From Pseudomonadales bacterium (lineage in GTDB: Bacteria > Patescibacteriota > Microgenomatia > UBA1400 > PJMF01), in assembly GCA_020632235.1 (NCBI GenBank), contig JACKFY010000002.1:163954-227953 (forward strand): 64,000 nt of DNA. Direction: 5' to 3'. This document shows, in pieces, positions 54,823-63,967 of the stretch (positions are counted from its first letter, which is position 1; each line of letters begins with the position of its first letter). Made by a program: the position numbers and the translations under genes. The notes under the pieces were generated by a model, which saw nothing but the letters and a program-made list of their open reading frames with translations, was not told the origin of the DNA and made no database searches.

Positions 54823-56607
54823 TTAGACGTGCGTTGATTGCGCGCGCGTTTCTTGCGCAAACACGAAGGTGTAGTCTCCTCCTGGTTTTTCTGGTATTGT
54901 CACTGCTGCATTTCTAGACAACATGTTGTTTGTGACAGGTGGGATGAGTGTATCAACCCGTCCGTCAAACAAAATTGTTTCTATCGTTTTACTATCTTTG
55001 TGTTCCTCTAATAATGCTTCTATTACACTGCGCAATACCATGATGGCGTTGGTGCTGTGTTTGAGCAGGTTGATAATTTCAAGCAGTCTGCGCGAAGCGC
55101 CGCGTGGTGTTTGAATGATGTCTTGATTGTCAAACACCAATGCCTCAACAGAGAGGGTAGCTGGCAGTAGTTCTTTGACCAGCAAGTGATGCACAGCAAC
55201 AAATTCTCTTGAGTCATTGCTTTGGACACCCAGCTCTTTATGTTCAGCAAGAGCAGAGAGCGACAATTGACCGCTACTGGCCAGCTCGCAGCGATAGCAG
55301 ACAGAGCACTCGCCAACGAGCGCTGCGCTACCACATGAAACGCATGTTCCATGCTTCCACAACTTGGCGCGCTCTGCCCCGATGAGGCTGGTGAGCTCCG
55401 CATGACTGAGTGAGTTTGCCAGAATACTTGGGTTGAGTTGCATTTGTAGCCCCAGCGAGGTGGGTGTGCCCAAGATACAGTGGGCAGCGCTGGCTAGTTG
55501 TTTCATGGGTCCAGACAGCTGGACGGCGCTGCCCAGCAGAGCGATACTCGCTTTTTCTTCCTTTGAAGAAACTTCTCCTTCTTTTTTGAGTGTCAGGTGC
55601 CTTATTTTTTCTAGTGTTGCGTGGCCAAGCTGGTAGTTTCCTTCCATGCTGATGCCAAACTGTTGTTTGAATGCCGTGCGTTCTTGCTCTGTCTCGTTTG
55701 AAGCCTTATAGTTTTCTGCGTGGTCTTCCACCCACATCAAAAATAACTCTCTGCAGGTGAGTACAAGCCTGTCAAACTGCGCTATTTCTGCTTGGTTGCC
55801 ATGGTCTATATCAGCAAATGTCTGACTCAAAAAGGTGGTAAAGAGTTGTTGTTGTGCTTGGTAGAGGTCTAGATTTACTTTGGGTAGACTATTGAGTTTT
55901 ATCGCCCAGGTGTACTCACGCAGATAGAGCCACTGCTCTATATCTTCGTCAGATACCGCATGATGAGTCTGGAGTATCGAGCCAATGAGGCAATGATCAA
56001 TTCTACTTGTGTGTTTGTTGTTGGGCCAAAGCTGGGTTTTTTCAAAATGTAACTTTGACTGGATATTGGCCGAGAGGGTAGCAAGCTGGATGTCGTTGTC
56101 GTACGAGCGGTACTGCGTGAGGGTTGCTATTCCACCTTGAGTTTTTCGAAACACATTTATAAACGAGTAGTGTTCTGGCTTTTTGCCCGGATAGCCCTCA
56201 TCTGGCGTGCCGGTGGGACTGATGGCGATGAGTGTCGCACCAGTGGGCACCGCGCTGTCTGTCATCCAGTGTTGAAGATAGCCAAGGGACGCAGACTCCA
56301 AGATAGCGCGGGTGGGCTCCAGGCTACGCACCACAGCGCTTTCTACCATTTTTTGTCCTACCTGGATCAGGGAGAGTGGTGAGGCGCCACGAATACCGTG
56401 TGTGGTGTACTCGTAGCGCACCTTGGCCATCATGGCAGCGTACTCATCAAACAGTGTGTTGAGTTCTACTTTAAAGTGATCTAAAACATCGCTTATTTCT
56501 CTGCCAGTGGCAATGTGTGCAGCATAACTAGAGCTATCCCAAATGGATGGTTTGTGTTGTGGCTTCAAGTGCGAAATAGCTTGGCTGATTCGCTCTGTAA
56601 ATGACAT
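54823..56607 (-). CDS. Hypothetical 594-aa protein with a C-terminal Cys cluster (CVSCGSAALVGECSVCYRC). Start chosen at the ATG with AAGGAG 5 nt upstream.
   Basis: ORF; Shine-Dalgarno-supported start; no recognisable catalytic motif. Confidence 0.5.
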   Translation of the reverse strand: MSFTERISQAISHLKPQHKPSIWDSSSYAAHIATGREISDVLDHFKVELNTLFDEYAAMMAKVRYEYTTHGIRGASPLSLIQVGQKMVESAVVRSLEPTRAILESASLGYLQHWMTDSAVPTGATLIAISPTGTPDEGYPGKKPEHYSFINVFRKTQGGIATLTQYRSYDNDIQLATLSANIQSKLHFEKTQLWPNNKHTSRIDHCLIGSILQTHHAVSDEDIEQWLYLREYTWAIKLNSLPKVNLDLYQAQQQLFTTFLSQTFADIDHGNQAEIAQFDRLVLTCRELFLMWVEDHAENYKASNETEQERTAFKQQFGISMEGNYQLGHATLEKIRHLTLKKEGEVSSKEEKASIALLGSAVQLSGPMKQLASAAHCILGTPTSLGLQMQLNPSILANSLSHAELTSLIGAERAKLWKHGTCVSCGSAALVGECSVCYRCELASSGQLSLSALAEHKELGVQSNDSREFVAVHHLLVKELLPATLSVEALVFDNQDIIQTPRGASRRLLEIINLLKHSTNAIMVLRSVIEALLEEHKDSKTIETILFDGRVDTLIPPVTNNMLSRNAAVTIPEKPGGDYTFVFAQETRAQSTHV

Positions 56608-56835
56608 AGACTCCTTTGTCTTTGTATGTGACAAAAGAGCATCAGCGTTTGTGTGTATGTGTAGAAAAAAAACGCCCGATGCTCGTCGGTATACTGAGTG
56701 ACACAGCACTCGGTATTTATCGCCAAGATCGGACTTGTCTCTTGTATGCAGAGCTTCACCGTTGCGGCACAGTCCCGGAATGAAGACCGGAGTTCCAGTG
56801 CGATAGAGTCTTACTCTAACGCATTCACACGAGTG

Positions 56836-56853
56836 TTGTCAACGTGCTACAAT
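56836..56853 (+). promoter_or_regulatory. Extended -10 promoter TGcTACAAT (56845-56853), with TTGTCA just upstream. The transcript would start about 8 nt before ATG 56862, giving a near-leaderless ctpA.
   Basis: Sequence motif. Places the track's GTG start (56844) inside the promoter. Confidence 0.4.
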
Positions 56854-56861
56854 GGCTTTCT

Positions 56862-58103
56862 ATGCGCGGTCGTTTTGAGGTATTTTCTCAAGTAGTAATT
56901 GGTTTGTTGCTGGTGGGCATCGGTCTTTTGGCACAGTATCGCTATCACGTTGTTGAGCGGGTGCGGGCAAATGTTGCCGATACAGGTAGTGGCGTTACGC
57001 GTAGCACCACTGCGTACACCGACCCTCAGAGTGTTGACCTAACCACGTTTTGGCAGGTGTGGCGGGCGCTTGAAACCGAGTACATCGAGCCAGAAAAGCT
57101 TGACCAAGAAGTGATGGTAGACGGGGCTATTCAGGGCATGACCGCGTCGTTGGGTGACCCGTACACTATGTACTTACCACCAGAAGATAATAAACGGAGC
57201 GCTGAAGACCTGGCAGGTTCGTTTTATGGAGTAGGAATTGAGCTGGGGTATCGTGAAGGAGTTTTGGCGGTGGTAGCACCACTCAAAGGCACGCCGGCAG
57301 GAAGTGCCGACGTGCAGCCAGGAGACTTGATTTTGAGAGTGAAGGATGAGCAGAAGTCACTTGATGCTGACTCTACCAACTGGGCACTTGGTGAGGCAGT
57401 GGACAACATTCGCGGACCAAAGGGAACGCCTGTCACGCTAACTTTATTTCGCCAAGATTACAACGACAACCAACCATTTGAAGTCGTGTTGGAGCGCGGC
57501 GAGATCGTAGTCAACTCGGTAGAGCTAGAGTATGTTGAGAGTGCTGGCAAGCGTGTGGCTCACCTGACGGTATCCAGGTTTGGTGAGCGTACGAACGATG
57601 AGTGGAACACCGCAGTAGCCGATATTTTGGCACAAAAAGGGTCTCTTTCTGGCATAATTTTGGACATGCGCAACAATCCTGGTGGGTTTTTTGATGGCGC
57701 GATCACTATCGCTAGTGATTTTATCCCGAGTGGAGTAGTCGTTTCGCAAAAAGGAACGGGAGGCTCAAGAGAGTACAGTGTTGATCATCGCTCGCGACTA
57801 GATGGCATTCCCGTTGAGGTGTTAGTCAATCGAGGCTCTGCGTCTGCCTCCGAGATCGTGGCTGGCGCACTGCGTGACAGAGTGGGCGCGCAGTTGATTG
57901 GTGAGCAAACCTTTGGCAAAGGCACTGTCCAAGACAGGCTAGAGCTGGCTAATGGTGGCGGTGTGCACATCACCATTGCCCGTTGGTTGTTGCCCAGCGG
58001 CGAGTGGATTCATGACGAGGGTATTCCTGTTGATATTGCGGTAGAGCAAAATCTAGAGACAGAAGAGGACGAAGTGCTACTTACAGCAATTGAGGTGTTG
58101 TGA
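56862..58103 (+). CDS. ctpA: Carboxyl-terminal processing protease (S41 family) with PDZ domain and N-terminal TM anchor.
   Basis: PDZ (GVGIELGYREGVL.V..P..G.PA..A....GD.I) plus S41 catalytic region (DMRNNPGG ... NRGSASASEI). Confidence 0.85.
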   Translation: MRGRFEVFSQVVIGLLLVGIGLLAQYRYHVVERVRANVADTGSGVTRSTTAYTDPQSVDLTTFWQVWRALETEYIEPEKLDQEVMVDGAIQGMTASLGDPYTMYLPPEDNKRSAEDLAGSFYGVGIELGYREGVLAVVAPLKGTPAGSADVQPGDLILRVKDEQKSLDADSTNWALGEAVDNIRGPKGTPVTLTLFRQDYNDNQPFEVVLERGEIVVNSVELEYVESAGKRVAHLTVSRFGERTNDEWNTAVADILAQKGSLSGIILDMRNNPGGFFDGAITIASDFIPSGVVVSQKGTGGSREYSVDHRSRLDGIPVEVLVNRGSASASEIVAGALRDRVGAQLIGEQTFGKGTVQDRLELANGGGVHITIARWLLPSGEWIHDEGIPVDIAVEQNLETEEDEVLLTAIEVL

Positions 58104-59274
58104 TATGACTGCTCGCACATCATTTCTTCTTGGTCTGGGCATCTCCATTTTGATTATGTTCTCATTTTTTGCCGGAGCGTTGGCAGATAGAGTGTTTGTA
58201 ATACGACCACTTGACGCGCTTGCACCTCGAATCACCTCTTCTGCTGAAAATGCTAGTAATGACATCTCCAATCTTGGTACGCTATTGATACCCGAGCAGG
58301 AAAACTCAGTCGCTGATGTAGCAGAGCGCGCATCTACTAGTGTGGTGACGGTCTCTGTGAAAACCCAGCAGCAACTATTTGAAGAAGTGCCAGGCCTATT
58401 TGGCTTTGGCTTTCAGGTGCCAAGTGGTGAGGTGCAAGAAGTGCAGCAAGACATAGGTACGGGGTTTGTGGTGAGTGAAGGGTTGGTGGTGACCAACAAA
58501 CACGTGGTGTCGGGTGCTGCTTCAGAATACCTGGTGATCACCGCCGATAACACCGAGCATGTAGTTTCACAAATATACCGTGACCCCGAGATTGACATGG
58601 CCATTCTCAAAGTTGCTAACCTTACTAGCGCTGCATTACCACTAGGTGACTCTGACAGCGTGCGGGTGGGGGAGGGTGTGATAGCGATAGGCACCGCACT
58701 AGGCGAGTTTCGGCATACGGTTACCACGGGTGTAGTATCTGGCCTGGGACGAGCTATCACGGCTGGGGGTGGGGTGGGTAGTGCTACTGAAAGTCTAGAA
58801 AATGTGATCCAGACTGACGCAGCTATTAACCCAGGAAACTCTGGCGGGCCACTACTTAGTTCGGCTGGTCAAGTGATTGGGGTGAATGTGGCCGTCTCGC
58901 AGTACGCAGAGAATATAGGGTTTGCTATTCCTATCAACGTGATTAAACATTCATTAGAACATTTTAACAACACAGGGCAGTTTACCCGTCCATTTCTAGG
59001 AGTAGGGTATAGCGTGGTGTCAGAGCAAGCAGCGCTGGCAAATGAAGTGCCGCAAGGCGCGTACGTAACCCAAGTACAGTCAGGTTCAACGGCTGATAGG
59101 GCAGGTTTGAGGCCAGGTGATATTATTACTTCGTTTGCTGGTACTCAACTGAAGGATGTAGAGCTTGCCACCCTCATTAATGACCACACAGTAGGTGAGA
59201 GTGTTGTCATAGAGTACTGGCGAGAAGGCGTGCGCCAGACGGTCTCCGTTACCCTGGAGGCTGCCAACGAGTAA
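58090..59274 (+). CDS. htrA: HtrA/DegP-family serine protease with C-terminal PDZ domain (TTG start).
   Basis: GTGFVV...VVTNKHVV (His), D (Asp), NPGNSGGPLL (Ser), PDZ GLRPGDIIT. Confidence 0.85.
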   Translation: MRCCDMTARTSFLLGLGISILIMFSFFAGALADRVFVIRPLDALAPRITSSAENASNDISNLGTLLIPEQENSVADVAERASTSVVTVSVKTQQQLFEEVPGLFGFGFQVPSGEVQEVQQDIGTGFVVSEGLVVTNKHVVSGAASEYLVITADNTEHVVSQIYRDPEIDMAILKVANLTSAALPLGDSDSVRVGEGVIAIGTALGEFRHTVTTGVVSGLGRAITAGGGVGSATESLENVIQTDAAINPGNSGGPLLSSAGQVIGVNVAVSQYAENIGFAIPINVIKHSLEHFNNTGQFTRPFLGVGYSVVSEQAALANEVPQGAYVTQVQSGSTADRAGLRPGDIITSFAGTQLKDVELATLINDHTVGESVVIEYWREGVRQTVSVTLEAANE

Positions 59275-59284
59275 GGCGAGGTGT

Positions 59285-59372
59285 TTAAAACCCCTCTATC
59301 CTGAACTAAAGTCGGGATGTCCCCGTGCCCCCCGATGTTTCATCGGGGAGTCCCCTTACGAAAGGGAGGGAG
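59285..59372. repeat. Hairpin mosaic element (left arm of an inverted pair flanking prfA): AAAACCCCTCTATC ... CCCCCCGATG-ttt-CATCGGGG ... TCCCCTTACGAAAGGGAGGG.
   Basis: Reverse-complement match to 60403-60489. Confidence 0.7.
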
Positions 59373-59382
59373 GTGCTTAGCA

Positions 59383-60336
59383 CTACATAACAGGCGAAGA
59401 GTCTTCTTCCCTTTCCATCTCGGTTTTTAGCTCTACGAGCATCTCTGCAATCCCACCATCCAGAATGCCCTCAAGGTTGTACCACGACTGCTTAGTGCGA
59501 TGGTCGGTAACTCTATTTTGCGGAAAGTTGTAGGTGCGGATCTTCTCAGACCGCCTGTTGCGCCCGATAGCGCTTCTGGCATCGCCTAGCTCTTTGAGGC
59601 GCTTTTCTTCTTCAATCTCCCACAGCTGCGCGCGCAAGAGCTCGAGGGCAATCTTGCGGTTTTGCTCTTGTTTTTTTTCTTGCCTGGCCTGTACGGCAAT
59701 ACCACTAGGGGTGTGTGTCAGGCGCACCGCGCTATTTACTTTATTTACATTTTGCCCACCCGCCCCCCCCGCGCGCATGAACTGCCACTCTAGGTCTTCA
59801 TCGCGAATTTCAACTGCTGTGCTCGCAACTTCTGGCAAAACCGCCACGCTGGCAGTAGAGGTATGAATGCGGCCTTGTGACTCTGTCTCTGGCACGCGCT
59901 GCACTCGGTGCACACCACTTTCATACTGCAGGAGCTCGTAGGCTGTCAGGCGAATTGTCTGCTCGTCAGATTGCACCTTGGTGCTGCCGATCAGTTTGAT
60001 CACTAGGTCGTCAATGTACTCAATCTTCAGTTTTGAGGTTTCGGCAAACCTGGCATACATTCGCATCAAGTCAGCCGCCCAGATTTTAGCCTCATCACCA
60101 CCAGCCCCAGGGCGGAACTCAAGCGTACAGTTGGTGTGGATGGTGGTTTGACCACTTTCTGCATTCATGGCGTCTTCCAGATCACTTGCGAGCGTTTCTA
60201 GTTGTTTTTTTTGTGTTTCTAGCTGTTCTATTTCGCTTGCGGCTAGCTCCGCCATGTCTGGGTCGTCTAGTAGAGCAGTGGTTTCTGCAATCTGGTGGTC
60301 TAGCAGGTCAAGTTGTGATTGATACGGATTCTGCAT
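59383..60336 (-). CDS. prfA: Peptide chain release factor 1 (short form, 317 aa).
   Basis: PET (PxT tripeptide), GGQ motif (RAGGAGGQNVNK) and the C-terminal RNRTYNFPQNRVTDHR class-I RF signature. Confidence 0.85.
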   Translation of the reverse strand: MQNPYQSQLDLLDHQIAETTALLDDPDMAELAASEIEQLETQKKQLETLASDLEDAMNAESGQTTIHTNCTLEFRPGAGGDEAKIWAADLMRMYARFAETSKLKIEYIDDLVIKLIGSTKVQSDEQTIRLTAYELLQYESGVHRVQRVPETESQGRIHTSTASVAVLPEVASTAVEIRDEDLEWQFMRAGGAGGQNVNKVNSAVRLTHTPSGIAVQARQEKKQEQNRKIALELLRAQLWEIEEEKRLKELGDARSAIGRNRRSEKIRTYNFPQNRVTDHRTKQSWYNLEGILDGGIAEMLVELKTEMEREEDSSPVM

Positions 60337-60364
60337 GAGACATCTAGTATAGCAGGTGTTTCAT

Positions 60365-60489
60365 CCCCTCTTTTCAAGAGGGGCTGGCTGCAAGCCAGGG
60401 GTGTTTTATCACTCCCTTTGTAAGGGGACCCCCTGATGAAACATCGGGGGACAGGGACATCAAGCGCTAGTGTGATAGAGGGGTTTTTT
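60365..60489. repeat. Hairpin mosaic element (right arm): CCCCTCTT-ttca-AGAGGGG with GC arms, TCCCTTTGTAAGGGGA, CCCCCTGATG-aaa-CATCGGGGG, and the 30-mer ATCAAGCGCTAGTGTGATAGAGGGGTTTTTT.
   Basis: Matches 3762-3880 (same orientation) and 59285-59372 (inverted). Confidence 0.7.
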
Positions 60490-60510
60490 ATTATCTTATA
60501 ACTTTGAATA

Positions 60511-60540
60511 TTGACAAATGAAGAGAGAGAGAGAGATAAT
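60511..60540 (+). promoter_or_regulatory. Promoter: -35 TTGACA, 18-nt spacer containing (AG)7 (60522-60535), -10 GATAAT. Upstream of the 269-aa hypothetical gene; GAAGGGGGG Shine-Dalgarno at 60569-60577.
   Basis: Consensus hexamers; same architecture as 14796-14826. Confidence 0.45.
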
Positions 60541-60582
60541 GGAGAGAGTTGGAAACTATAATTAATTGAAGGGGGGAAATAT

Positions 60583-61392
60583 ATGCCTTTTTTTGAAAGA
60601 TTTAGGAAGGATCGTGGTCAACACCCTCCCGAACCATCAGAATCAGAAGCATCTCAACTTAGAGAACTGAACCAAGAAAATGAGACTAGGTTGGCATTGG
60701 CATGTCAGCAACTGAGAAATCTATGGCATATTTATAATCAATATTTTCCCGAGTTAGGATTTCTTCACACTTCTGTTGACGGGAACTTATTATCCCTAGA
60801 GCAGGGAGCTCGTAGTGGTTTTTTTGCAACTCTTGAGAAACCATACAATAAACAAACAAACACGCGAGAGGTTTTAGCTGCATTTTCATTTCACTTTGGC
60901 GCCGATGATTTGCCAGATGTTTCTTTTGGATTTGGCACCGATGAAATTAGCGTACATGAGAACTCTGCCACAATCACCAATGCAAAAGAGAAACAACGCA
61001 TAGTAGAATACCTAGAAGGCTACTTGGCGGCATTGATGGAGCAACTATTTGTAGCAGTAGACACGCTTACTGAACTAGTAATGGAGGATTTAAGAAATTC
61101 AGACCCCGAGTCACAAGACGGAGAATATGCTTTATTTTTTGAAAACCAATTCGTTACAGTAGACATTACAAGCTCTGGCTTGGTGATCAACAACAATGCT
61201 CCAGGAGAGATTATATTGCAGAGAGACATACAGTCATTTATGAAGCGTTGGCCAGATGATGATACGAAATGGTTGTCAAGCTACATTAAAACAATAAGAG
61301 ATCTTTCTAGGTGGATACATCAACATAATATTGAAAAAAGACTCAAAAACAAAATAGAAACAGAAATAGGGAATAAACTAGCAAAAAACTAG
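60583..61392 (+). CDS. Hypothetical protein (269 aa), AT-richer than its neighbours.
   Basis: ORF with an upstream Shine-Dalgarno. Confidence 0.45.
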   Translation: MPFFERFRKDRGQHPPEPSESEASQLRELNQENETRLALACQQLRNLWHIYNQYFPELGFLHTSVDGNLLSLEQGARSGFFATLEKPYNKQTNTREVLAAFSFHFGADDLPDVSFGFGTDEISVHENSATITNAKEKQRIVEYLEGYLAALMEQLFVAVDTLTELVMEDLRNSDPESQDGEYALFFENQFVTVDITSSGLVINNNAPGEIILQRDIQSFMKRWPDDDTKWLSSYIKTIRDLSRWIHQHNIEKRLKNKIETEIGNKLAKN

Positions 61393-61721
61393 CTCGTCTT
61401 CCCCGCCCGCATCTCACTTTTTTGCGCACGAAGGATATCTTTGTATGACTGTGGGTCTGCCTGGTTGCCCTGTTTTTTCTTTGCCTGTTTGCCAATAGTG
61501 GCGGTCTTTTCTTTTGACTTGGCTGCTGCCTCCATCTTTTTCTTAAACCGGTCAACGCGGCCCTGGCGGTCAACAAACTTCATCTCACCGGTAAAGAACG
61601 GGTGACACTTGCTGCAGATATCAACCTGCAAAGACTCAACAGTAGAGCCAACAGTAAAGCTATTGCCACAACTACACGTAACAGTAGCTTGATGCCAGGT
61701 GGGGTGAATGCCTTGTTTCAT
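61389..61721 (-). CDS. rpmE: 50S ribosomal protein L31 (Zn-ribbon type A) with a C-terminal basic extension.
   Basis: CSCGN...[10 protein letters not shown] motif. Confidence 0.85.
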   Translation of the reverse strand: MKQGIHPTWHQATVTCSCGNSFTVGSTVESLQVDICSKCHPFFTGEMKFVDRQGRVDRFKKKMEAAAKSKEKTATIGKQAKKKQGNQADPQSYKDILRAQKSEMRAGKTS

Positions 61722-62188
61722 AAGGAACGTATTTTAGCATACTTTGAAGGTGTGGTATAGTGTGGATAGTGTTAGTGAAACCAAAAGAAAGGAGGTTGTT
61801 TATATAAATTACATAGAGCGTGTGGTCCCCCTCACCTTGTTTTCTGGTCCAGTCGCCAGACCACAAGGTGAGGGGGGATACGAGGAAGCAGGTCCCTCAC
61901 TTGCAAGTGAGGGAAATCGGACTCTTTGGCTACATATATGGTGTAGCCTTTGAAGCATCTGCGGAAACCTGCTGGGTGAGCGTGAACATCCATCAATGCG
62001 TAGCATCAAACCTTTTTAGTAATGAAAAGAACAAAGTGCTAAGCAGCTTCGCCACCTTAACAAGTAGTTGAGGTGTTTTTATCACCAGTAAAAACAACTC
62101 TCTCTAGAGAGTAGTGGAAGCTCGCTTTTGGCACGTGCAGCTTTGTTGCACCTTTGCCTTTGATGAGTGCACTAAGAAAAGGAGTACT

Positions 62189-63967
62189 ATGTGTGGAATT
62201 TATGTTGCAGTATGTGACGATGCTCAAGAGAAAGTCTTAGCAGGTTTGAAGCGCCTAGAGTACAGGGGGTACGACTCGTGGGGCGTGGCTGTTGTGAGTG
62301 ACACGGCGCTCCACATAGAGAAGTATGTGGGTCAGATAGGTGCTGTGCAAGAACTGTTGCTGCCATCCACACGCGTTGCGCTTGGGCATACTAGGTGGGC
62401 AACCCATGGTGGCGTGACACAAGCCAACGCGCACCCCCACTCGGCTAGCGATGACTCCTTCGTGCTAGTGCAGAACGGCGTGGTAGAGAACTACCAAGAG
62501 CTGAAAGCTAGTCTGAAAACAGAAGGATATGAATTTGTTTCCCAAACTGATACCGAGGTGATTGTGCGCTTGCTAGAAAAAGAGATGAAAAAGGGTGGTG
62601 AAGAGTTGCCTTCTCGCACTTCATTTCAAGCCACGATGGACCAACTAGAGGGCAGAAGTACGGTTGCTGTTCTAGCCCAAAACAACTTGCTGCTGCTGTA
62701 TCGCAATGGTTCGCCATTGGTGCTTGGGAAAAATAAAAAGGGAGCAGTCTTTTGCTCATCCGATGTCTTGAGTATGGCCGGCGATGCCACAGAGTATTAC
62801 ACAGTAGAAAATGGCGAGGTGGTCACGATCTCACCCACAGGTGAAGTAGTATGCTTTACAACTAGTAGTGATGAGCCGGTTGTCATGAGATACAAAAAAA
62901 TTGATGTAGAGGCACATACTATAGATAAGAATGGCTATGCGCACTACATGCTCAAAGAGATATTTGACCAAGGACAAGTGTTACTCCAGGTCACCAATCA
63001 ACCTGCTGCAGAGCTCAAAAAGACTGTTTCATATATAAAAAATGCGCGGATGGTGTACACGTTGGGGGCAGGGAGCGCTAGTTTTGCGGCTCAGTTCTTG
63101 AGTTTTCAGCTCAGACAACTTGGCATCCAGTCAGACTCGCTGCCTTCTTACGAAGCACGTTCGTTCCAGTCATTGTTTCAAAAAGACGACGTGGTGATTG
63201 TGTTTAGTCAAAGCGGCGAGACCGCCGACACCAACGAGGTGGTGGAGTGGATGAAAAAACAGGGAGTGAAAGTGGTGAGCATTGTCAACATGTTGGGCTC
63301 AACCCTGACTCGACTATCAGATAGTCCACACATGTTGCAAGTGGGGCCGGAGGTAGCGATTGCGAGCACCAAGGCATTATCTGGACAGCTAGTATGGAGC
63401 TTGTTCATTGCTTGGCTGGTTGCAGGAAAGAGCGAGCAAGACTTTCGAAAGCAGTTGCAGGTATATCAGGCGCATCTCCAAGAGTGGCTGGAGAGCACTA
63501 GCCTGCAGCACCAGCTTGAAGAGCTTTCGGTCCAACTACTGCAGCACAACCAGATGTTTATCTTGGGTCGCGGGCAGTTACACACGAGTGCGCTTGAGTT
63601 TGCGTTAAAAATGAAAGAGATCAGCTACATTCACGCTGAGGGGTTTTCTGGTGGTGAGCTCAAGCATGGGGTGATTGCACTGATTAGCTCGGGTACTCCT
63701 GTATTTTGTCTTATTGCTCAAGACAGCGAAAAAGCAGATATGCTTTCGGCTGCCGCCGAAGTGCGCGCGCGGGGTGGGTGGGTGGTGGGGGTGGCCCGGG
63801 AGAACAATGAGCTCTTCTCAGAATGGATCCAGTTGCCTGAAGACGAGCTGTTTGTTGCTATCTCCAGCTTTGTACCCGCACAGTTACTGACGTATTACTT
63901 GGCACTCAAACATGGGTTTGACCCTGATAAACCAAGAAACCTAGCCAAGAGCGTGACGGTAAAGTAA
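62189..63967 (+). CDS. glmS: Glutamine--fructose-6-phosphate aminotransferase. Start at MCGI; the ORF opens at 62114.
   Basis: N-terminal MCGI (Cys2 nucleophile), two SIS domains, C-terminal ..KPRNLAKSVTV. AAGGAG Shine-Dalgarno 6 nt upstream of ATG 62189. Confidence 0.9.
   Translation: MCGIYVAVCDDAQEKVLAGLKRLEYRGYDSWGVAVVSDTALHIEKYVGQIGAVQELLLPSTRVALGHTRWATHGGVTQANAHPHSASDDSFVLVQNGVVENYQELKASLKTEGYEFVSQTDTEVIVRLLEKEMKKGGEELPSRTSFQATMDQLEGRSTVAVLAQNNLLLLYRNGSPLVLGKNKKGAVFCSSDVLSMAGDATEYYTVENGEVVTISPTGEVVCFTTSSDEPVVMRYKKIDVEAHTIDKNGYAHYMLKEIFDQGQVLLQVTNQPAAELKKTVSYIKNARMVYTLGAGSASFAAQFLSFQLRQLGIQSDSLPSYEARSFQSLFQKDDVVIVFSQSGETADTNEVVEWMKKQGVKVVSIVNMLGSTLTRLSDSPHMLQVGPEVAIASTKALSGQLVWSLFIAWLVAGKSEQDFRKQLQVYQAHLQEWLESTSLQHQLEELSVQLLQHNQMFILGRGQLHTSALEFALKMKEISYIHAEGFSGGELKHGVIALISSGTPVFCLIAQDSEKADMLSAAAEVRARGGWVVGVARENNELFSEWIQLPEDELFVAISSFVPAQLLTYYLALKHGFDPDKPRNLAKSVTVK

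Noticed and set aside
56844-56861. GTG start at 56844 for ctpA (ORF-track start).
   Set aside because: The GTG lies inside the TGcTACAAT extended -10 element. ATG 56862 begins directly with the TM anchor (MRGRFEVFSQVVIGLLLV), so that downstream start is preferred.
59755-59770. G8 homopolymer in prfA as a phase-variation switch.
   Set aside because: It encodes the universally conserved GGQ-region glycines of an essential release factor, so the sequence is constrained by function. It is mentioned only as context.
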